Shown: one piece after another, positions 55,371 to 64,000 of the stretch
Numbering within the stretch: the stretch's first letter is position 1
Layout of the letters: every line of letters begins with the position of its first letter
Assembly (NCBI GenBank): GCA_030248215.1
Contig: JASANG010004128.1
Span: 1-64,000, forward strand
Reading direction: 5' to 3'
DNA length: 64,000 bases
From: Enoplolaimus lenunculus
Taxonomy: Eukaryota
Program-made: the position numbers and the translations under genes
Notes under the pieces: model-generated
What the model was told of the DNA's origin: nothing
The model's input: only the letters and a program-made list of their open reading frames with translations
The model's database searches: none

Positions 55371-58300
55371 TTATAAAGATTTCAATCTTTTACTTCGACC
55401 TTTAGCCGCACCTTTCTTTGCACCGTGCACCAAGTTTTTATATCGTCCTTGAAGTTTCGCTCGTTTTCGCTTATTCAACGTACTATGGTCAAACGGCAAA
55501 TAAACATACGGATCGTATGCGCCAGGTTTTTTTGCATCTCCATATTGTTTCTGCTTCGGATCGGGTTTGGCACTGACAGCTCTTCGCGACCCCGAACCTT
55601 TCTCGAATGCTGCTCCCTTTAGTATTTTCGCCTTAGCTGGTCGTCCCACATAGTCGCTGTCGCTTTCACTTTCACTGTCTACCGAAAGAAGTCGCTTTCT
55701 TGACTCGTTTTTCTGCTGCTCACAATGGGAATCATCTGGATTTTCTTGAATCACAATCCGACCGTCTTTACCAACAGGAAACTCAGCATCATCTAGCTTA
55801 CCCAATAATTTTTGTTTATCATTGACCGAACTTGGTTTGACAGTACTGACATTAAGCGCTGCTTTCGGATCCAACAAATCAAGTACGTCGTTGCCTGTAG
55901 TACAGTCACTGTAATCTTTGATAGACTCACGTAGCCACACGGGCGCGCGCACTAAACTTGTGGACTTAACAGATTTCCGTGACTGCCTGCTTTTATTATG
56001 TAAGTCGACTTCATCATCGCTTAGTTCTAAATCTGAGTCTTGCAGCAATTCCGCAATTGTTTCCGGCTTAGTCGACAGTCCTGATACTATCGTAGCCGCC
56101 GTTGACGCACCAATTGATTCCGTATCATTGTTTAATGTCTCAGATTTGCTATGTTTGTTTGCCATTTTCCTCGCACGACGAACAATCAGCTTCTTAGCAT
56201 TACGCAACTGCTTATGGTACTGTTCCGGCACATGTGGTACGACACATTCATAGTTTAACCGTTTCACGGCTTTTACCAGTACTTTGCGAACAAGGAACCG
56301 AAAATGATTCTGACAGTCGGAAGAAAGTGTGAACAACGATGGCAAAACAATATCAGCAAATTGCTCAACTGTGACCTGCGGACTTACAACGAAAAACGTT
56401 TTTAAGAAAGATAACGCAGATTCCACTAGACGCCTGTGCTCGTGACGTAAACTAATAAGAATGCGAGAAATCACGATACTAAGCATTGTAGTCATACTTG
56501 TTCGGAACTCACATAACAACAGGCGACAAGCAATAAAACATGCCGTAGATTTTGTTACAGCATCTATCGTCAAATCTTCCGATTCATTGGCCGCTGGGCA
56601 CCACGCCAAAATCCATCGAAACATATCATCAAGACCATTCACACAACTGACAGCGCTAGATTCACATGCCAGCGGCACGTATTTAACTATTGCAACTAAT
56701 GTTTGAGCGGACGCTTCTTTTACTTTGCGGTTAGAATTACAAAGTGAAAGTATGACTTCAGGCAGCAATGGTTTCACCAAACGAGAAACTTCTACAATCG
56801 ATGGAATAGCTTCCAAAGACGAAGCATTATTTGCAGCTGACAAGACTATTACTAACTTTTGAATACATCGCAATCGTACTGCTGTCGCTGATGGACTTAT
56901 ATTGATCTTTTCGTCACACAACACGTCGATCAGATCGCCAAAATTCGACGCAACAAAGGATAAAGCGTCCTTTCCATTTGTATCAGAAATATTCGAATCG
57001 TTTTCATTTTTAGCGTCCTGTTTACAATTATAGACAGTCGCAAAAGCAAGAACCTCGTACAGAAAACGGTACGCTTTCTTTACCATAGTATTGTCGCTGC
57101 TATTCGACTTCATACATTTTAACACCGCACGCGAAGCTATTCCCAATGAACATTCATTTAATTTTACAACCAATGTTATGATAATATCCATCACAGCATG
57201 CCATGTTTCATTAGCATGTCTTCTGCTGGTTTGGTCATCATCTACATTGACATTGCTATCTAGCTTACTTAACGCAATTTCTAAATACTGTCCAATTAAT
57301 TTTTCATCGACAATTGGAACAAATACTCGAATTGTTTCAAGCAACGACAAATGAACACTTTTCTTATCATATCCATCGGAACCCACAAGCACGCTTTCAT
57401 TAGAAATATCATCATCGATATAAAGTTTAAAGAAAATTGGCATAAAGTTTCTTGAGTATTTCGCAACACAAGCAATACGTTTGTCATCGGTAACCAAGGA
57501 AATCACAAGTCTTCTTAAACTTCCAAGAATAGTGAGTCTTAAATCTCTGCGATCAAGTAACGCCATCCCAAACAGCTGTGCGCACCTAGAAAACGACGTA
57601 TCAACATCGTTGGGGCGATTGCAGAATGCAGGCAGTAAATCCCACAGCTGTGCTTCAATGGTTTTCAAGATAGTTTTCATTTGTGGCGAAACTAATAACC
57701 CGGAATTGCAATCATCGGGTCGGAAACTTGAGCTTCCCGTCTTTATGTATGAGTGAACATTTTGTGCGAGCGGTAATATTTCATCCACAAAATAATTCAA
57801 TTGTGCATTTGGACCGATATTCCGGCGAAGCAAAGGCAATAACCAGCTGCGTCGAAAATCTGTTCCAGCCACAATAAGAGTCGGATTCAAATGTAATGGA
57901 ACTGCTCTCAGTACAGCACCGGCACCAACATACTTAATTGCCGAGCCAATAATGATATCTAAACTGTGTTGCATATCCGCATAGGCGTTATCCCGCAGTT
58001 CAGTAGCACATTTTAAAAGTTTTGAAAAATGTTCCAGTTGGCAGCATAACTCCCCAGTGTGCTTGAAAAACTCTGAAATAGCTTGAAATAACGTAGGCCA
58101 GTGTGGAACAAGCTGTTGATCCAATAGTTTTATCATTTTCTGCATTACTATATCAAGGAACGCTATCTCGTCCTCTTTCATTCCACCAGGCTTGGCACAC
58201 ACCGTCTCTATACAAGGTTCTAACATCCGTGTCAGTTCTTTTGTAACCACGGTATAAGTGGCTGTAGTGGAGTCGGCACACAGAAATTTAGCAATAAAGT

Positions 58301-61300
58301 CGTCTATTAGTTTTGAAATGAAAGTAACGCAAGCGATTCCAGCTTTGCTCTTCACTAAAACGATATGCACCCCTACAATAGAATCAAGCCAGTATCCAAG
58401 CACCCGGGTATCGTTAACCGGTGGCTGGTACTCGTACAAAGCTGATACAATATCAACTAACGTATCTGGGCTAATCTGATCCTCGCTAGGGTTTGATCTA
58501 AAAAACACAGACAGTGCATTCAATGCTCCAATGCGCACAAGTATACTGGGCAAAACCGACATCAGCTGCATTAGTCCGGTAAGCATTGTTTTTATTTGAC
58601 CATGTGACAAGTACTGCATGCATCCGGAAGCTAAATTTAGTGCAAACAACACTGTTTTCTCGACACCTTTTGGCTCATTTTTTCCTATCTGATCGGCGTT
58701 AATTCCCGTAACTCCCTTCCGAAATTCCGATATACAAATGTCAACTACGACATCCCCAATCGGATGATGTTTTAACTTTTGCTCTCTACGACCTATTTGA
58801 CTTTTATGGTTTGCGTCTATTTTTGATTCCGCACGAGTTAACATTAAAACGTTGACAACTGTTTCGTGTGCTGCTTTACGTACTCTGGGTTTATCACAAA
58901 GACACGTCGACAGCACTGCCTCCAACATAGCACGAGCTTGCTTAACACTTTCTGTCACAGGATCGACACACCAAAATTTCGAAGGCTGACAATACAATAA
59001 TGAACCTGCGACACATACTGCATAGCGATACGCAGCGTTTCGAGTTGATGCACGCATATTATGATTGTTCCCATTAGACAATGTATTACTGACACATCGA
59101 TACAGCAGCGGTAAAACTATTTGTGTGGCACTAAGGAAATGTGATCGGAGCGTAGCTATGCTGATGCGTCTTATCACAAGACTTAGCAGGTACAAAGCAG
59201 CAGCAACAAGCTTCTCGTTTTCCAAAGTAATAGTTCTTTCTCCGTATTCCGGTTTGGATAGTACACTTAACAACGCCGCGTAGTACTCCGTTTCAGTTTC
59301 GCTGGTACTGCATTTTGACTGAATAAGCTCGGTAACACTTGCTAGAACAGCAATGACGTCTTTATGCAGAGCCGATCCAGACCTAAAATATACGAATGCA
59401 TACGAATTTAAAATGACACTATCGGTTAGGAACGAAATTCGTTTGCTAAAATTTCAGAAACAAATACTTATGCTTGACTTAATACAAAATACTCAGGGTC
59501 CGAAGACGTCAAACGATCTTGAAAATGTAAACCAAAATGCAGAGGTGTTTCCAGAAGCTCTATATCTTGCATATATATGAAAACAGCACTTTTTAAGAAT
59601 ATATGTACCCTAAACCTGGTTGGCAACGAATTCACGATAAGATTGACCAGGTTGTTAACGAATTCACGATAAGATCGAATATGAATCTAGTATTTTGTTC
59701 CCAAAATTTTCCATTTTAAACATCAGTAAATGTTGAAATTTACCGTAGCCAATAATCCTGCAACAAACTGTATGAGTTGTCGGATAAAGAAATTTGTACA
59801 ACTATATAATTAGACGCTAAAAGTTTTAAAGACATACTGGCCGACACAATACGATACACTGAAACATGTTTTTCGTTGGACGTTAAGCAGGACGCAAAGC
59901 GGAACTGGCTTATACTGGAATCGGAATCGTAACTACAAATTTTGTGACTATAAGGATAATTTGTAATAAGAAGTATAATATTAATTTAGGATGGCTGTTG
60001 GCTGACAAAAAACTTAAAAACGTCGCATGAACCAATTGGCAATCATTTTTCGGCTCTGTAAACCTAAACTACAATACATTAACTAATCGAAAGCAATTTA
60101 ATAGATAAATAATAAAGAAATTTTATACAACATTACAAAAGTAGGTCTAAAATTAAAATGTGCAAATTCCGATTCCGATTTATTGTGCAATCGGAATCGG
60201 AATTCGTTTTGAATCGAATTTCTAATCGGAATCTGTATTCTGATTGCACCCTCACGTTAAGTAGGTTTTATGACAAAGTTTAAATGAATTTGCCGACGCC
60301 CAGCACTAACTAGAATTTTTGTCCCGCATACTCGATTATGACTCACTTCCAATCGCGATGTATCTTACTGAACGTCGCATTTGAACACTTTGTAAAATGG
60401 CTGATCGCCGATTCAGCTTCAGTACTCGATTCATCGTGCTCTTCTTTAGGAATTTCTACAGACAGACGTGTACTGTCTTGCCGCACTCTCTCAGCGACCA
60501 AACAAGGCTATAAGCAAAATTGAAAGATATATAATTCATAATGAACTAAAATACAGGGCTTCAACAGAAACTATGGTCCCGGATCAGGAACTAACCTTTC
60601 CAGCCAGAACCACAACCGGAATTTAAAATATTTTTACACCAAATTACAATTTTACTCTTTGCTGAACAATATAGTCAAAAACGTCCTTAAGCGAGTTATT
60701 CACAATTTTTTAGTGTTTCATCAACTTTACACAATTACTCAGCCAATATTTTAATTCAACAACTTATTAGCTAAACCTAGCTTCTCCACAGCGGGGGGGC
60801 CTAGCACTTTTCGTTTCAATGTTAAAACGTAAAGACCTGGACTTTTTTGAGGCGGACATTCGGCAAAATGTGATTTTATATTACGCTGAGTACTCATAAT
60901 TTTTAATAGCGTTACAAATACCGGTAGTAACTAGTACAATTCAATATAGTAACTAGTACAATTCAATAACGAACTGAAAAGCACAATTATATAAAGACCG
61001 TTTCAGAGCATACAGCATTCGAAAGTACCTTGCAGCAACAAGTTCAACCCGCCTGAGCCTTATGATAAACTGAAGCTGTGACTAATATATAAAATATATG
61101 TTAATCACTGTTTCAATTATAGATTATCTACATTTTATATAATTGTGCTTCTTTCAACTTCTGGTAAAGTTGCCAGTAATATTAGTTAAAATTATTGTTA
61201 TTAGCGTTTGCGGGGAGTTTTTGTCATGCTGAGCGATGAGTAATCTTCAGTTGAGTTGGAAACACGATCTAGAATAAAAAATGGTCCAAAAAGTCGGCTT

Positions 61301-61932
61301 GCAAAATTTTAAGCCTGCCCCCCCCAGGAAAACTGCCCCCCAGCAATATTAGCTGCCCCCAGGAAACTACTGGGGGGCCAAGAAACGCCCCTCGGCGGAA
61401 ATTTTCAAGCTGTGGAGAAGCCAGTAAACTATACAATATAAATGGCATTCATTTAGTACTAAAAATTTTGCAACTACAAATTTTCTTATGTTTTATTAAT
61501 TTGGCACAATACCGTGAAATTTCTGCCCTTGCATTCTGCAGTGGCGATACAGGAGCAGAACTCTATTTTTGCAAGAATTCCGGTCGGAACACAGATTCCG
61601 GTGAAATCCTGCCAAATAGGTAGTTTAAAACACAGTACCTTGTACAGCCATATGTAGAACGTTGCTCAGTACCACCTGCGCCTAAAGGACGGTTACAAAT
61701 TAACCTCGGTTTCAAAATGGTTTAAGCAAGCTGGTACGCAGGTCACAAGTCAGAAATTTAAATAACAGGAGGATTCAACACAACCTACCTGATTATCAAC
61801 AACAAGCGAATTGAAACGCTTCAGTAACACATTTGCAATATCTCTGTGTTTTGTGATTCGCGGATTTGAATCACTGCTGTGACCACGAGCCCACCTTACT
61901 TGCTTCACAGTTTTGCCTCTGTATTTTGTCAT
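55371..61932 (-). CDS. RRP12: RRP12-like ribosome biogenesis HEAT-repeat protein, 3 exons (61932-61789, 60507-60347, 59382-55371), ~1438 aa
   Basis: RWARGHSSDSNP N-terminus; CSNATFSKI..W|KSGSALHKDVIAVLASVTELI..ETETEYYAAL; RSWLLPLLR; QLWDLLPAFC; DVLDLLD; DGRIVI; GDAKKPG..DPYVYLP; GAKKGA. Intron phases 0 and 2 consistent. Confidence 0.93.
59888..60253. mobile_element. hAT-type MITE in RRP12 intron 2
   Basis: Perfect 8-bp TSD ACGTTAAG; degenerate CAGG..GCAA TIR; GGAATC repeats. Confidence 0.7.
60777..61424. mobile_element. MITE with 16-bp TIR in RRP12 intron 1 (probably inside an older CAGGG element at ~60554-61611)
   Basis: CTAGCTTCTCCACAGC...GCTGTGGAGAAGCCAG (15/16); flanking direct repeat TAAAC. 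Confidence 0.75.
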
Positions 61933-62734
61933 AGGTATATATAAACTTGTTACGTAAAAACATTTACAATACGTAAGTATATATATATATTGTTTTCAGG
62001 GTGCGACGGGATACCAAAAACTGACAGAGCCGGATAATCTAATATCAGGCTGGAGCCGGATAAAATCAAAACTAATATTATACTGCATTCAAATATCAGA
62101 ACGTAGCTTACAATTCTTCTTTCCGTGGCTTAAGCTACCCGAAGTGTTTACGTGACAAAATTTAACACCTCACGCCGACGCATTTCTAACACTTCGTCAG
62201 CGTCCCTATTATATACTATTCTATGTTTTGTAGCGTTGCGTTCAGTTGCAATATTCTTTTGGCCCGTGTTTTTTAAGGACATCTAGTTTTCCGTAGGTAC
62301 CATAAAACAGAAGTGGTTAAGATCAGGGATGGGAGTCTTGGTCTCAGTCTCGGCAAGCCTCGGTATTTGGCAGGTCTCGGTTTCTTGAGTCTCGGTGGTT
62401 TGGAACCGACACTAGAAATTGAGGATTCAGCAAATGGTGATAGGCCTGTAAAAATCAGAAGTTAACATGTTGAAGCAAGTAATGTTTGCTGAAAAAATTC
62501 TCTATGAATCAACGAATTTTCATAGTCACGCAATTTGAACGTATACGGTCACATGCAAACATTTACATTACTGAGAAATATGCTGAGACATATTCTGTTA
62601 CGCCCCTAGAATAACACTCGGCATCTATATCTGGTTTTCCAGCGTTATTGTAACTCAATAAATATTGTGAACGTATACGGTCACAGCAACACATTTACAT
62701 TACACGTGTGAGAGAAAAATTATGTAAAAGTAAG

Positions 62735-63099
62735 CAGGGATCGACCGGATATTACTTTTACCGGATACCGGAACCGGATAGTAATGTTAGTACCGGAACC
62801 GAAGCCCGATATTAACCGTATATAGGGTATAAATCGTTGAAAATATGTCGTGCAAAAATATGAATTTGTGTATTTAAGATTAATATTTGGCGAAGATTTT
62901 TTATTCCCTGCCAGTGTCTATTCTTGACTTTCCGAAATTGCCACCGCTCCAAAATATCTAGTATTTCGACATGTAAAAAGCAGTTTTATGATATTTGGAA
63001 CCACAACCGCAAATATCTGGTAGGTTTAAACGGGATGCCGGAATCGGATGCCGCTTTTTGCCGGATATTGAACCAGAATAGCATTTCCGGTCGATCCTG
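62735..63099. mobile_element. hAT-type MITE with CCGGA subterminal repeats
   Basis: CAGGGATCGACCGGA...TCCGGTCGATCCTG; perfect 8-bp TSD AAAGTAAG. Confidence 0.88.
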
Positions 63100-63276
63100 A
63101 AAGTAAGTCAATCAGTTCGATGGTACTTAGCATAAATACGAATGATGGCATATAGTTTTTGAAGTTTTTTTAAACGTAATATCCGGCAAGTTAAAATACC
63201 GGAGCCCGATGTCGATTATGTAGATATAGTCACAGATGATTGTCAGGCACAAGTTAATGCAATATTCTTAGTGTGG

Positions 63277-63760
63277 TCATTTAAAGATTTGAAAATTATG
63301 CATGTTACTTTGTATGTTCAATCTTGGTTGCAGGTTTGTAATGAAAGTCGACTCCAAAATGTGTAGATCGAAAGTGGTGGTTGATTTGGAGGAAGTCTTT
63401 GGAGCCGGAGAAATGATTTCAGAGTCGCCCTCATTGCAAAAATGACCAGTTGATTGATTGTAATCAGCGATTGCTGATTTAAGCTTAGTGCTTGAAATAG
63501 TGGTTCGTAGGGTTCTATCAGAGATACGCTTGTGTTCGCAAATTCGTTTGAAGAGATGTCGGACTGTGGATCCGATGTAGTCTAACTCACAGTTAGAACA
63601 AGTATATTTGGAAACGATTGCAGGACTCAAGAGTAACGAAATTTTACCTTTGTAATTAAATAAAGAATTGATCTATTTTGTGATTTTAAAAAACAATTCT
63701 TAGTTCTAGTTTTTTTGTTGAAAAATGATCTTTAAACATCTTTTTCATCAACTGTTTTAG
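63277..63760 (-). mobile_element. Degenerate Penelope-like retroelement 3' fragment (GIY-YIG endonuclease)
   Basis: KYTCSNC..DYIGSTVRHL.KRI.EH...SAI...TGH...LHILES.FI..LQPRLNIQ. The upstream linker LRIVF/KITKIDQFF/FNYKGKI needs two frameshifts. Confidence 0.85.
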
Positions 63761-64000
63761 GTAGCAAATTGCGTTATCAATATAGTGTTGGCTAGAATTA
63801 GTACGAGCCGTTTGAAGTATTTGGTTCCACCAATTTAGACGAGTCAAATAGTGGCGATACATCTGCACGAGATACACACTACGATAATGCCGAAACGCCG
63901 ACGACAGCCAATGAAAGGAATGAAACCACAGTAGCAAACCTGGTTGATGGCTTCTCCCCGGAATGTCACCGAACACCAGGTACAAACCATTACACTTAAA

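Noticed and set aside
55425..59283. Short plus-strand ORFs over RRP12 (and similar ones over the K2P exon)
   Set aside because: Antisense shadows of long coding exons.
63686..63985. Intact Penelope reverse transcriptase ORF
   Set aside because: No RT motifs are visible; only the last ~25 codons resemble the RT-endonuclease linker, and frameshifts separate it from the GIY-YIG part.

Overview
AT-rich eukaryotic genomic DNA, most likely a nematode (spliceosomal introns with TTTCAG/TTTTAG acceptors, interstitial TTAGGC repeats, a SUP-9-like channel, a MOLO-1-like gene). The first 25.4 kb is a giant inverted duplication (about 40-11840 mirrored by about 13390-25367) around a 1.2-kb G-rich satellite. 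The window opens with an untrimmed Oxford Nanopore ligation-adapter sequence, and the arms decay towards the centre with C-dropping, purine-biased errors. The palindrome is therefore more likely a fold-back/chimeric-read assembly artefact than biology, although the arms also carry allele-like differences. I built five spliced gene models by hand: a MOLO-1/TPM-like membrane protein (intact in the left arm, frameshifted in the right), an orphan 4-TM protein, a SUP-9/TASK K2P channel with a very long C-tail, a CYTH-domain protein and RRP12. Intergenic and intronic DNA is dense in MITEs (hAT-type with 8-bp TSDs, Tc1/pogo-like, nested foldback), tRNA-derived elements, minisatellites and a Penelope GIY-YIG relic. 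The most novel-looking genuine feature is a two-copy TTAA-flanked, piggyBac-like MITE that carries a tRNA-Gly-derived Pol III head. No CRISPR or prokaryote-type system is supported.
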